The notes beneath the pieces were generated by a model, which saw only the letters and a program-made list of their open reading frames with translations, was not told where the DNA came from and did no database searches. From assembly GCA_977030845.1 (NCBI GenBank), contig OZ365116.1, forward strand, positions 20,274,001-20,338,000: a DNA stretch of 64,000 nucleotides, in the 5' to 3' direction. The position numbers and the translations under genes are program-made. This DNA comes from Fimbriosthenelais zetlandica. Taxonomy: Eukaryota. Shown piece after piece: positions 1 through 14,100 of the stretch; the first letter of the stretch is position 1; every line of letters begins with the position of its first letter.

Positions 1-111
1 AACAAATCAGTATAAAACATCTTTGAAGTTTGCGGTAGGAACATACCCAGGATGGGTCTGATAATTATCAAATTTAAATAGAATTGATTGGGAAAGTGAG
101 TGAGGACGCAC

Positions 112-317
112 CTTTTCTACAGCCTCGTGCATGGAGAGTCTGCCCTCCTTGACTAGCAGCATGAGCTCTATCCTGTCCTCGTCAGGCATGGTGATTTCAC
201 TAGCATTCAGATCTCCCTCGTACTGTTTGTATACATACTTTCTAGGCGGCTTCTTCCTGAACAGTCTTCCTAGTGTTAAACCCTTCTTTCTCAAGTCTAT
301 TTCACCCAAGGGATATT
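112..317 (-). CDS. SASH1: Exon 6 (YPLGEIDLRKKG...ASEITMPDEDRIELMLLVKEGRLSMHEAVEK), phase 1-0; gene continues beyond the left edge
   Basis: Acceptor ccttgttcttacag, donor AAG|GTGCGT. Matches recalled human SASH1 [32 protein letters not shown]. Confidence 0.92.
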
Positions 318-1225
318 CTGTAAGAACAAGGAGAAACAAAGAGATCAATGAAACTCAAATACATGTACTGACTAGTAAATGCATGAGCTGCTTTCTAGAG
401 ACATTATAGAACACATTGAAAACATTTCCATTCCTACACAAGGTGGCTGGTTATTCGTGGAAGTAATCTGAACTATAAAATATGTAAAGGGAAGTCCCGG
501 GTGGACTATTCTGTCTAGTCTAGTGCTGACTGTGGGTGAGATTTTCTCACTGGGAATATTCTGACTATATTTTTGATATAATCCATGAGCTAGACTGCCA
601 TCTCGGTCAATAAGGCATCTCTAGATATATTCGCAGCAGAAAATATTCACAGTTCTACTATATATGGGAATTCTCTTATAAAAATCTCCACTATATTCCT
701 ACATAACCGCAGTGTAGTTTTTAGAAAGAAATACATATATGAAATGAAAACATATTTTTAAAGCCCAGATATGAGGTACAAGAGATGGATGTCCTCTACA
801 GTGCTTTAGGTAGCGTACATTAAGATTCCATTAATCTTATTAGGGACGTCCACATGGACACTGCATTAGGAGCACATCAATATAACAAAGAGAGACAAGA
901 ATACAATGTCAAATAGATCCTTACATTCTAGAAAACTGGAGAATTGTCTCTTTTTATTGCTACAAAACTATCATACATTTCAGATTCTATTGCCTGTCAT
1001 TGCCAAGCTACTGCCTCCAACAAAGTTTCTCCAATTTAATTGGTAGCATTGTTTGGTTTGCATAAGCCCGTGTTAATGGAAGTAACAGAATTGGGAATCG
1101 ATCAAATGATTTGATAAATTCAGGGATCCATCAATAACAATAATTCCCACTTCACATTGTTCCGTCCTATCACCGGAACCCACCCCTCAACTCCCCTCCA
1201 ACCCCATCCCCATCTACATTGTCAA

Positions 1226-1243
1226 CCCCCCCCCCCCCCCCCC
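1226..1243. repeat. C18 homopolymer
   Basis: Direct reading. Confidence 0.9.
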
Positions 1244-3478
1244 AACCCACACTCTAAGCACGGACTTGATTCGCTAGTAATCAATCCTCGTCACTCACCC
1301 GGTGCTTTGCTGGAGAATTGAAGCTCCTTCCTCTTCACCAATAAAAGGGACATTTTTAAGGGACGAGCAGCTCATTGCCATGCATTAGAGGGACTGGGTG
1401 AGCTTTGAAGGGGAATCTCTCTGCTTTCCTTTGATATAGAAAGGTTTCACTTTGCTTATTCAGACTCACACTGAGGGCTAGCCATAGCAGCAGTAGCTCA
1501 TATGAGAAAAGAACGACAGGCCATGCATGTTTTATGTCAATCAGATTCCCCATGAGTTTATTCCCACGAAAAAAACACAAGGCTTGTTCAGGAGTGACTA
1601 TCACATCGTCCACTATATCTTCTACTCTTTTTTCATATATTTGGTTCTATTTTCTCTATAAATAGACAGGAAAAGGTCAATATATAATCCACTCTTGCTG
1701 AGGTGGAAACCAGTCTAAAAGGATCTTTGCCCTTTTCATATATTCCTGATGATTATGAAGGAAGGAAAGCCAGCCATCAGGTCTAATATAAGTTAATTCA
1801 TATTGCAAAGTGGTAATGTTCCCAGTTCTCATTATTTCTCGGGGGAGGGTCTAACTCAGTTATGAGATTGAACCAGGCTCCAGACCTCTGCTACGCGGAA
1901 ACTATACACGGTTTAAGTCAAAGCCTTTCAGGGAACAGAGAAAGTATTTATTATCTATGTTCACCACTGACTTTTCATTACTTGTCAGCATTATACTACT
2001 GTATAAGAAGCAGGTGTTCTATAGATCAGTACTGAAATGCATGTGAAAGGTTTTAATTAACGGAGTTAAATGTATAAATGAAGCTGGGGCAGGAATCTAG
2101 TCTAATATGAGGAGTTTTCTTATCGTTCAATTACACGGTCTGGAGAGTGGAAATTCAATCGCCTCACACTAATCCCACTCCGCTTTATCAAGCCCGGAGA
2201 GGGAAGTAAAAAAGTGATGTAATTGCTAGAAAAAAAGACAGTGAATTGAGGCCTAAATCAATAGTGGGTCCTGTGACTCATTATCTACGTTACCAACAAT
2301 CAGAAGCTGACATTCTTAATGGTTTAATAAACACTGCCATACTTCATCACAACCCAGCCAGGCATCATGGTGATTATCCAGTCTCCATCATCCAGCCCTG
2401 GTCAATAGAGTGTGAAATTAAATCACCAGTTATCTAATACAGCTTACATTTCCTTTGGAATTGAAAAAAGAAAAAATAAACTCAGAGAAAGTATCTATAC
2501 TGATAAATGTTTAAATAAAACGTAATAAATTGTCAGCAAAAATACTTGGATGTTAAAGAACACGAGTGTTTCATTTTCACAAAAACTGCAATCGCCAAGT
2601 AAATACAGACTGAGTGACCTTTGGAGGAACAGGGAAAGAATCTTTAAACTTAATGGTCACTCTTATTTCAATCTGAGCACCAAAAGGCAAGCTTTTAAAC
2701 AGTGGTAATTTAAACTTTTGAAAGATGTAAAGTGTTCGTGAGGAAAAGCAATAGAAGTTCATTTTAAAGCAGCTCGCCCTCAGTGGGCATAGCTCTCCAA
2801 TATAGTGCACACATTTCCTTTGTTCCTTGAGTGCATTTTAAAATCTCAATCAAGTTGTAGAGTCATAATGGTTCGTTTTTAAACTATTCCCAGTAATTTG
2901 ATTACTAAATTATTAACCACAGAATGCATGTTTTAGGAAGGCAGCTAGATATATGATTTGCTGAATGGAGGTTCCAAAAAAAGATCATTTTGCAGAAGGA
3001 ATAATGTTTCATGGACAAGGACAGTTTTCTCTCCACTGATTGATAGAGTGCAGTAATAGTGATTTAAGAAGAAATATTGTAATGCTCCTTGGCTAACCAT
3101 GCACACACTGGTCACAAACATCAGCAATAAAATGCTGACTTTTATCAAATTTTCCTGCAGCCTGCCGCCCACAGAATGGATGGAAGGAGAGGGATAATGA
3201 ATTTCACATTATCAAATTTCAAAAGCACCGTCTGAGAGCATTTTGTTTTTTCCGCTTAAATTGAAAATGCAGTGCCTCTAAATATTGTATTGAATATTTG
3301 ATTGGATTTCAAGTTGGAGTTAAATTTAAGAATGTTTCAGTCACGCACGAGGTGTAATGTGACTTAAACTTGTTGGATTTAAAGTGCTTGTCCATGCGTC
3401 AGCTTATCAATGGTCATTTTAAAGGATTGTGTGGCTTCAGTTCATGGTCAATTCTTATATATTCTTATCAGTCCTTAC

Positions 3479-3528
3479 CTATAGGTCCTTCCTCACTGTT
3501 CTGTCGTGCAGGGGGTAACAAAGGTGAC
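3479..3528 (-). CDS. SASH1: Exon 5 (SPLLPPARQNSEEGPI), phase 2-1
   Basis: Strong acceptor ttcctttttctttgtccag, donor TAG|GTAAGG, 50 nt. Supplies exactly the phase 2 to 1 shift needed between exons 4 and 6. NSEE resembles recalled SASH1 NSED. Confidence 0.82.
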
Positions 3529-5610
3529 CTGGACAAAGAAAAAGGAAAATACATTTTACAGTTGATAGTAAATAGTTTATTATGTCATAGTAAAATATCA
3601 CGATATTCAACTGTGGTAATGTGTAATATTTCTATTAGAACCCAATCATATACTTGACAAAGCCTCTAGGATATCACAGTAAATATCAGGACTATCCTTC
3701 TAAACACGTCTTGCTGAAGATTCGTCAGAGAAGACGAATGGCTGATGCCAAGCGCCAGATAAGTAGACATTCTTGAACAAGAACTAATGGCACAGAGGTA
3801 CAGTGGCAGGCGAATACCAGACCTTTGTTACTAACACAACAAAGCAATCAGGCTTTGGCAAGTTCTTAGGCATCTCTAAATCAACTACAGACCCCTATCA
3901 TGTGTCATGTTTGCCAACTACAATGCCTCAGCCATTTTTCTTATATAGAAACAGAAGGATGAAGCAAAGCTTTTTCAATGCATATAGCCATCTCACAAAG
4001 GGCTTTTGATATACTACTTACATGTCATATTAAGTTAATTGGACTTGGATATAGATTACAGACCTGCATAAGATGTTAAAGCAAAGAGAAAATTTGATTC
4101 TAGGAGGGTACAGTCTTAAAGATGGGTAACTATATAACCTGAACATGAGTTATTTTTTCGAGTCGGCCAGTTTGAAGGCTACAGATCTATAGGTTCACTC
4201 TTCTCATTTACACAAAGGTCCAGCAGCGCATCCATTCTTAGACTATTCTTTACTTCTTCTCAGCGAAAGAAGGCTGGCTCTTCTCCCCTCTGAATCCATT
4301 CTAATGACGTTAGGGCCATTTGTGAGGAGGGATACTCATTTCACGATACGCCACAGGAAACATACAGTATTAGAGGGTCACATAGAAGATGAAAAAAATG
4401 CATTTTCTTAACTTTTACTTTTTGTAGTCCTCCCGCAATATCAAACAATCTCATAGACATCACTACCTAGTAAATTATTTATTTCTCGATGCCTAAGAGA
4501 ATTCTGTTCTCCTACACTAATCCCCCATTTCCATACCCTACTTCCGACTGGTCCAGGTCTGCTTCTAGCCATGACTTTAGGTTTCACTGTTAAGTCAATA
4601 GCTTGACACACACATTTTGATGAGCATGTGAAGGTGTGAGATGAAGGCCATGTCATGAGATCTCTACTTGTGCTCACCCTCCACTCACATCACCCCATAA
4701 TGACCACTATAAATCCTCATCAAATTTAACGACCAGTCTCCATGCCTTTATCCACCGGCCCTCACCAGACTTACTCTAGAAACTACGGCATGGACGTGCA
4801 TAATATAAGTCTTAGATTGAATGTCTCAGAATTAGAATCACAGCAGTAGTCAAGTTACAATTTTTCCCTGTCTGATTGTTTAGTAGACTGCGGCTAAAAT
4901 AAGAGGATATGGCCCAGCTACTCGCTTTTTAAGATGCAATGAAAAGCTGTGAGATTTCCGCTAGTGACTATATGGTTGGAGGAGGGGTTGTTAGGCTAAT
5001 GATAGGGTCTATAGATGACCAGTGGGACATGTTTCTTACAACCATAGACATCCAATTGGTACCAATAGATCAGCCATATCCTTCCAACATACACCCAACT
5101 CCAACGGAGTGGCTCTGAGCAGGTAACAGACTAATACTCTTGCTATAACGGTGGCCTCCTCAATGATCGCTCTCTCCCAGCTTTTGACTCATCCCCTTAA
5201 CAATCAACTTAGTTAAGTAGCCTGACTTTTGTGTATACAGGGATAATTTCAACCCATTCTCCAGAGAAGTCTCTCTGAGCAAGCTATTATACATAGCACT
5301 TTGGACTGGCTGGGATCTTAGCCTCTAAGGAAGTACAAGTGGGAAGATGGCTTGTCTTCTGTTCAATTGACTATAGATTCCATCTCTCACAGAGTGTCCG
5401 CCTCTATTCTATGTCCTCTGGTCATGTGACAATGTGCCGGGATTTTTCAGAGAGCTATTATCTTGAGCAGTGAACGTCACTGCCACCTCACATATGTCTC
5501 CCAGATAGCACTGAAAGATGCCATACCTCAACAATAAAGGCAAAAAATGAGCTGATCCAGCTTGTTATCTTTCTACCAGAATGAAGTATGTAGGTTTTTT
5601 TACATAGATT

Positions 5611-5700
5611 ATTGAGGGATGGACATATAGCATAAGCTCGGTTCAGGTAATATATTGAGGGATGAACATATGGCATAAGCTCGGTTCAGGTAATATATTG
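5611..5700. repeat. 43-bp tandem duplication (2 copies)
   Basis: ATTGAGGGATGRACATATRGCATAAGCTCGGTTCAGGTAATAT at 5611 and 5654, 2 differences. Confidence 0.95.
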
Positions 5701-8700
5701 TCCTCAGTTCACCTGGCTACCCCTTCTATTCAGGTGATGGATGGGAGGTGGGCTCATAATAAATATTATTCTTGGAGATTAGCGCCATATTTGTTCATGG
5801 TAGTTGGTCCTGGCCTGAATAATGGCCACCTGTTGGAAGTCCATGGCTGGAGAGGAGGCCTGCAACCATCGATTGCTTGATGGATGAGTGTGTGAGTATG
5901 TGGCTGTGATAGATACATGGGGCAAGGCTTGACAGGCAGGCATCTACTGCTAACTGATACAGCTTGATAGACGATCAACTATAGAGTTTAACTCTTTCAA
6001 AAGCCTGGTCTTTTTTCTGGACTTAATGAGGGGATTTGATCAGATCAGAAATGTTATTCCCTTCAGAATACAAGACCAAATGGTCTGCACTTATGATCAG
6101 CCCAGCATGGAAGCAGAACCCATTTGTCTGTCACCTATCATTGAAGGCAGAACCACCCAGTCTCCCTCCACTGCACAGACACCAGAACCTCCACTTTTCT
6201 CACTTAATCTCACACAAGTACGTGGCTACAGGGACAGCCATTAATCTGCCTGGAGAGATCCTTCATTCGTCTAATCCCATGAGGTTGGGGCTGGGAGAGG
6301 GCAGACTAATTTGACGCGGTGTGAATATTAACATCACGTCTCGTTAGTATAAAGGCTCTCTCTGGTCCTGTTTAAGCTACTCCTGGGACTAGTTCTGTAT
6401 GCATGGCATATCCCTGTGTTTTATCGTTAATGCCAGAGTCAGTATGAAGAGATGGCTACTAGATGGTAAAGACAGGAGGTAGAGGAGGCCTGGTGACAGT
6501 AACAGATTAACTCCTGACTACCACTCTATACCAAGCTCAGCCTGCAGATAATCTCTCATCTCACATCACCCTCAATGCCTCCAATTCCTGCCATTGAGGT
6601 CTTACTAGCCGCAATTTAGTTGGACTCACAGGGCAATAAATCAGCCACAAAGCCATAGGCTGGGCTCAGTGGAGGTGATAAGGAACAGAGGTGAGAGAAG
6701 TGATCTTAGTACTGATTGAATCATGGTGAATGATTGTGCATGGCCATGATCCTTCACCACCACTGGCATATTGCTAATTCTATTTATAAATTTATGTAAG
6801 GCAGTCAAAGTCAATTTGAGGTATGGAGGTTAACATAAATTTGAAATTTTAAGGAGGAGAATAGCCACGAGATGTTAACATATGGAGAACTTTTAGTCTA
6901 TTTTAAGCTGGACTCAATCTTCAAGGTATTTCCCTAACACCTAAGACCAAGAAATATATAATCTGACAATCTTTCCAGAAAGTTAGATCGCATATATTTA
7001 TTATCTACACCCCTTGGGACTTTTGATAATGGATGGCTGCACCAGAAGGATGTTGGAGAAGGGAGATAATTAAATCACCATGTGATATATTCCCATTAGT
7101 ACCATAGCAAAGATAAAAAAGTGTGAAACACATCTAACAAAGGCCACAGTGATATATGTCCCATCAGCACATTAGACATAAAAGAAACTCAACTAAAAAC
7201 AATGAATCACTCATTAAATCAAGCGAGTAATGAACTTAACACTGAGAAATGTGAATAGGCAATATGCAGGCCTTGATGCTTCCACATAAAAACTGCCAGC
7301 TTGTCCTGTTATTTCCGCTCATATCTATAATAATCTATTACAAGGCAACCATTTATGTTTTATTATGGGAGGAAAGCAGGCCCATGAGGCTAGTTTTTCA
7401 TCACATTCATGGACATAGCTCATATCGCTATCATCTGTTCATATCAGACAATGTAATATGAAGTGCTGCCTACCCTGAAGCACTGAGTTAGCCAGTATTA
7501 AATAGAGTAGGAGTCACATAAAGAATATATGAATATGAGGCATTCATTCCTGGTATGATATTTATTTAATATATATTCCAGAAAGGAATTTCATGGAATT
7601 AAATTTAGTTGATTCTCCGAGGCATTCATACTTGGTTAGAAATGATTGGATTCGCCATTCATTCCCTTGCAATAACTGTGAGTTGTGCACGGATCGCCTG
7701 CTTTTGTCTTGACATGGAAGTCACTTTAAAACAAAGCAAAAAATCCAAGCTGGTGTGAGGAGACTATGCTGCTGATGGATGTGTTAATCTAAACAACACA
7801 GAAAATCTTTCTCACCATGAGGCTTTTGGGTGTGTTAATGTGACTGCCATAAAAGCAATCAGACAAATGCCACGGGAAGAAGGGAATGGGTTGAGGGAGG
7901 AAGGCATTGCGATGACAATCACCTTGGAAGGTGTGTGTTGGGGAACAAGAAAATACACTTGCAGGCTGATTGGCCAGCTGTATGGGGTGTAGGGTCCTTA
8001 CTAGTTAACGGTTATTACTAGTGCTAGAGATGCACATAAATAATGCTGGCCTCCTATAGCCACATAAAGCAGTGGAACGACTTCTACTGCGTGCATTTGC
8101 TTTCAGCATAATGAAGTCACACAGTTAGCTTATGACCTTTTGTTATAAATTGCTCTAAAACTGCCCTTTGTATCAAAATTTAAGCCCCCAGGAAAGAAGA
8201 CGAGCTAGACGGAGTGACATGTACATAAAGTACACGAAGTACAGACATCAGAGGGTTGTACCTCCACCACATAGCCACTCTCATAGAGCACCAAACAGGC
8301 ACAATAATTACCATCCCCCGGCCGGGGAGGATCCATTTAGAGGGCTTTTTCACTCGTCACACTTGAGGCAGTATAAAAAGTGGCAAGGCAAGCTGGTTGT
8401 TCCCACATTGTCCTCCACCATTCCTCGCCTTGGCCAAGTGACAGTGGTGTCACACCATTATCACAAATTGTTTCCAGGCCTGCGCCAACATTAGCCAATC
8501 GATGCTAAGTGGATTTGATGCTTGTTGAGAAGGGAAGGGATGGAGAAGAAGACCATATTGCGATCTCTGTGCAGCCAGGCCCGAAATGACAGAGTTTTGG
8601 AAGTGAAAATACATGGTTTTAGTGGAAAGAGCGTGTACTTATCGAAGGTGCCCCATTAGCCTGAGGGAAGAACAGCTATATAGGGGAAGAGATAGAAAGT

Positions 8701-9221
8701 AGGCACAACATTACTACATTCCCAATCTAAATTTAGATGGATCTTCATGAAGATTTTATATTTAGAGCAATTCTTCAAGATTAGGTGCAATATGCCTATA
8801 GTATTATAAACCATCATTCATTCAATTTTCATTCTATAAAGTCTAATCCCAAGCTGGGAGCTCTGTTAATCTTATCCATATGATTAATTCAACTTTCCCA
8901 GAAGCACAAGGTCTGTGAACAGCAGAGGGGATAAGTGGTCTTTACGACTTGCTCAGGGAAGCATAAAAGCTCATATGGCGAGTCAAAATCAGAAAGAGAA
9001 AACAGGCTGAGACTAAATACAAGGCAAATATCATGAGAGAGTCAAGCAATAAAGAAAATGCCTTTAGATCTGACAGTGAACAGCCTAATCAAAACCACCA
9101 ACAAATGTTAACATAGAGCTGCCAAATGATAAAACAGGTTTATGTGTGGCTGATAATGATGATGAGAAGGATAAAACAGATAGTTGTCAGACACAGATAC
9201 AATCCCCAATCATCAAGACGA

Positions 9222-9235
9222 GTTGCCATGGGAAC
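9222..9235. promoter_or_regulatory. RFX X-box motif GTTGCCATGGGAAC
   Basis: Fits GTTNCCATGGNAAC exactly. Confidence 0.4.
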
Positions 9236-11084
9236 TAGGAGCCACGTCTTTTCTATAGTGACTGAGGCACCCCCTTCATCAAGGTAATTATATGTGGAGG
9301 GCCATGCCAGGCTGCCTTGATAAACAAACCTATTAGGCCTGATGTTGGTCTTATTAATTGTACCGGCCTTTCATCCTAGCTGTAATTACCCAGTCTGTGA
9401 TCACGACTTATATCATCTATAGATCCCTTATCTCCTTTACCTGTCTTACACTTTATTTTTTTATGACTATAACATTAAGGGGCAATACATATATGGTATA
9501 AAACTTCATGTGAACCCACAGGGAGCTATTGGCCTATCCATCAGCCTTATATAACCAATATAAACCGCAGGTTTCCAAACCAATTTGTGAGAGAAACTTG
9601 TAGGTAAATGGAGTGGAATTTGATACCCCAACATATGACAGAATACCAGGCTTTTCTATGTATACATGTGATATGGCACAGGAAGTAATCTGTTGTTGGA
9701 CAATGAAATATATTGACTTGCTTTAGGACATATCTGCAAATAGAGAGGACAGCCCACATTAAAACTGGCTACATCATCTCATCTCTATCATTTAGTCTCC
9801 ATATCAGTAGAAAATGTAGAGGAGGAAAGAAGAGTGCTTGAGTTCTGCAGTTAGGTGAAGTTCACCTTTCAATTAAACCAGTATCATAGATCGTGGGAGG
9901 CCATTCTCCAGCATTGGCAGAGTAATCTGCACTGCAATCAGGTTAAATATCCAAGCAGATGGATCTTATTCTACCCCGGTTTGCTTCCCGCTCCTTCCAG
10001 ACTAGAGAAAGGAGGAGGATGGAGTAATGTGGGTTAATTGTATTGGCCTGCACATAGATCAGATTGCCTGATGGCAGTGTGGGGTGGTGGACAGTCATGC
10101 CACCACAATACTATGATCAGGGTGGCATATGGTCACCAATGGACCATCAGTCATACACACGGTCACCGTGCCACTTGCTTGCTTCGCCATGGTTTAAATG
10201 GCTTTCATGCATCGATGGTCTTCACTGCATAGAATCGCAGCTCCATACTAGCTGCAATATAACTCGAAATACAAAATAATTTTCATCATCTACCTTTATA
10301 GAAGTAACCAACTTATATGAAATAAATAAAAGTAAATAAATTCAGAAGGTTTGAATGGTGTATTAAAATAACAGAATATAGGGTAGTTTATACAGGATTC
10401 CTTCAGCACTGGGGCAGTAGTATAATGTACACATTATATGGAAAAAATCCAATATAGCGGTCAGTGGAAATCCCCTTCATTCACCGGCTATTAACCCATA
10501 AAAAGCCGCCTGCTGGGGGGACTCCATCCGGGAATATGGGGACAAGGGATGGAGAAAGGTGAATGTAGGTAGTATACGGAAATGCGACCAAGTATCAGGC
10601 CACTCTGGGACAATGACCGCAGTAAAGCTACTGTGGGAGTTATCCAGTCATGCAGTTTTGGATCATTTTTGATTCACTTTGATTCATCTATATCGTTTAG
10701 ATAAGAGTTGTGTCTTAAGTGAGGGTTTTCTGTTTATGATATGTTCAAATGAGAGTAACTAGCTGTTGGCAGCGGTGAGTGACCAATAAGCAATGACCTG
10801 GAGGGACATCTGTTAGCACAAGCTACTGGTCCAGAGATAAGTAATATAGCAATAGTGGTCAGAGTGAGGACCAATGATTCCTGCTGCTCTAGTCAATACT
10901 CGCCCTGCCATCACAGATATCACTATACAAATACACCAACTCCCCACGGAAATCACCTCCTCACGTATCTACCTACACTTGGCCATTATTTCGTTTGCCT
11001 TTGGGATAGACTGATTGAGTATACCCGATTGGATCCAGAAAACTCCAAACATTCCTGCCTTGCCTTTCCTATGATTGTTTCAGT

Positions 11085-11123
11085 ATTTCGGGATAAATGA
11101 CAACATTTCGAGATAAATGAAAC
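11085..11123. repeat. 20-bp tandem duplication ATTTCGRGATAAATGA
   Basis: Copies at 11085 and 11105. Confidence 0.85.
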
Positions 11124-14100
11124 AAAACAAACTATGAGTGAATAAGAAAACTGTCACCTGCGAAAAATTCCAACGAATGGAACAAAATATGTCAGTACAT
11201 ATGTTAGACAGCCAAATGACAGCTCCAAAAATATATGAGCTTATAGCTTATTAGGTATCAAAAATTAAAGCGAGGAGGGAAATCCCTAAAGTGCAGTGTA
11301 GGGAAGCATTAGTGGGAGGCGATAAAGCTGTTGGATTTAGCCATGATGGAGACGCTTATTATGATTGGAAGCATTAGAGGTTGGAGCCTGGCCCTCAACT
11401 CTCAATGACAGACATGCGCCTCTACAGGATTACACCATGGACAGGCAGGAGGCGGGATTAGTGCCCGCAGAATCAAGCCTGTCACTTTGTATCATAGTCT
11501 GAGATTAGTATCAAGAATCTGTCGATATCCCAGCCTTACATCGACAAGACATACACCTCCAGATCTCATTCACTGCTTCCTAATTGAGGGTGAAATGTAA
11601 TCGATTGAAACCATTATACAGTCAGTGTGAATGCTGGCAGGCTGTAATGAAATTCCCATTCCATATACAATTATAGCTTACTGTCCTCTTACATGTTTTT
11701 ATATCCAGCATGTGGATCGTGAATGTGCAGGTATATGTGTGTGAGTTTCTGGTAGCCGAGCCTACAGAACATTAGTGATTTCTCAATGTTCTGGGTTAAG
11801 AAGTGTGTTTTTCATACAGCTGCATACTGTTGAACATGTGAGATTGTGTACTCAGTATGTTCACGTCCTTCATGTTCATCTATCATTGATTCACCAGCTG
11901 GTGTCTACATGAACATGTTAGGCTTTGTGTGTCAATATAGCGCCTGCAGGGACAGTTCCTCCTCACTGCAGCTACATTCTCTCCTGCTTCCATCAACCAA
12001 ATAGCCTGCCATCCTACACGTTGTTTGCTCAATGTGTGCTCGTCAAATAAGACTGACTATACACTCAAGAGGCTTTGGGACACGTTGGCACCATCATATA
12101 TAGAGCTAGAAACATTGTACTTATGATTAAGATAATAACCTTCCTCAATGTTATACCTGCAAAGATGGACTCAGTATATAAAACCCATTTCAAAGGATAC
12201 AGTCTTCATGACTAGTTGCAGTAAAGCAGACACGGACTCATAAGATGGCTACATGATGTAGAAGAATGAAAAATATACATTCACAAGTTCTTAAGAGCTC
12301 TAGCATACCATATAATTAATTAACACATACAAGTATAGTGCACGACCATTCCATAGATATTATTTCGATTGTAATGCTCTAACAATGTGACACCTTCACG
12401 CGCGCCGCGTATATCATTTCTATAAGGGAAATACAATACTTCTACATGGGATAAGCCATTCCATGCCTGCATTCATATATCTTAATGTAAAATGTCTCCA
12501 GAGAACTGATATTTTTTCATCCTTGAGAAAGCATTTTGTATGCCTTCATCTCTCCAAACACTAATCCTTACAATCCTCATTTGTAGCCAGCAATGGTGAT
12601 GACAGTCTCATATACAGTGTGAGTTATGGAGAGTCTTAATGAGGATTACCATGTCTAAATTAATTAACGTCAAACAAAGGCCAAACGTTTGCGGATGAAC
12701 CGCATTTGAAAACTATCACTAAGGAAAGTTCTCACTACAATATACTGCTTGGACTGCCTTCTGCGGAGACAAGTTTGAATAATAAGTGAATATTTATTCT
12801 GTTTAGACATATGGTTGTGAAGGAGAATGAGTGATTGGTAGGGCAGTGTCAGTCATCTACAGAGGGCATTGTGGACCATCAGTAATGAATGTGTGTGTTA
12901 ATAATGGGGCGGACATCTCAAAACGGATCAAATAAAGGATGATTTAATGCGCGTTCATCTCATTAGTCGTGTGATAATCAGACTATAGGGAGGTAGACAA
13001 TGGCTACTGGCCACCCCTCAAAGCACCTCCTCCCGACAACTCATACCACAATGTGTTAGTCTAATTGAATTGCTAACCAGGAGGGAGGGTGGGGGCAGAT
13101 TTGGCCAGGATACACTAGGCCAAAGCAATGCCTGAAAAGGAATGACCACAGACTTCCCTTCATGGTCGAGGAAACTGTAATGAATGCATAATGAAGTTAT
13201 TTAGATATAGGCGGAAGATCATCCACAATAAGCTTGGACTATGTGTCTTCTGAGAGACAATGGGAATGGGAATGACCTACTCAGGGAAGCGGAAATGGAA
13301 CTGTTGGTTTTAACCATCCTTTTAAACATGTTTTAATCCCTCAGAATCCTTTTAAAGTGAGCAGCAAATCAGCTATATGCCTTTTAATACAGGTCTCACG
13401 TACATGAATAATGACTTAACGCTGACAGGAGAAGCCCCAGGGCCAGCAAATAGACTTTTAGTCCTGGCTACATTCGTTCATACCTCGTGAAAAGAGAATA
13501 GGTTCATGAAGACCTGTGATACATGAGCAACAAGGGGAACACTTTGATGTTGTATAAAACGTTCAATACCCTGATCTAATCCCCATCCCTTCATACCTCC
13601 ACCATCCCTCTCACCCATTCCTACCATCGATCGTTAACTGCCGACCCATTGCTTCTATAGAAGCAATGCCTGAGGAAAGGGCCATGTAACTTGAGGTTCT
13701 CCCTCACAAATGTGTCATGCAGCCTGTCCTCGTCACGTATAGGTAAGCTTTTGATGTATTTAAGTATCGAATACTTGTCGCATCAGGCTGTGCAATCCTA
13801 GATGTGAAGACAGAGACATGCAAGGAAATCGTGAGGAGAGAAGAATATAAGGAGTTTGGATAAGAAAAAAGTGTCCTCGATGAAGGACATGGTTGTCCTC
13901 AAAAAATAATAATCAGCTTCTAATGCCTCTAATTACTGAGATTAATTTTAATCTCCATTCATCTTTCGCCCTTTAATGTAACAAAATTTCCAGCTTTATC
14001 TTCAGCGAACCATAGAAATAGTTTTGAAATAATGTCCCTCAGGTAATGAAATTTCGAGGAAGGGCCCATTTTTAGGCTGTGGATCTATAGGACGGATGTT

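Noticed and set aside
4254-4299. Alternative first exon candidate MDSEGRRASLLSLRR (phase 1)
   Set aside because: Weaker donor (GTAAAG), would have to skip exon 5, and such short ATG-donor pairs arise by chance in 15 kb.
10973-11052. Alternative first exon candidate MFGVFWIQ... (phase 2)
   Set aside because: Non-consensus donor (GTAGAT) and no promoter-like context.
11152-11190. Recursive splice site (acceptor directly followed by GTGACA) on the minus strand
   Set aside because: Regenerated donor is weak; cannot be supported without nascent RNA data.
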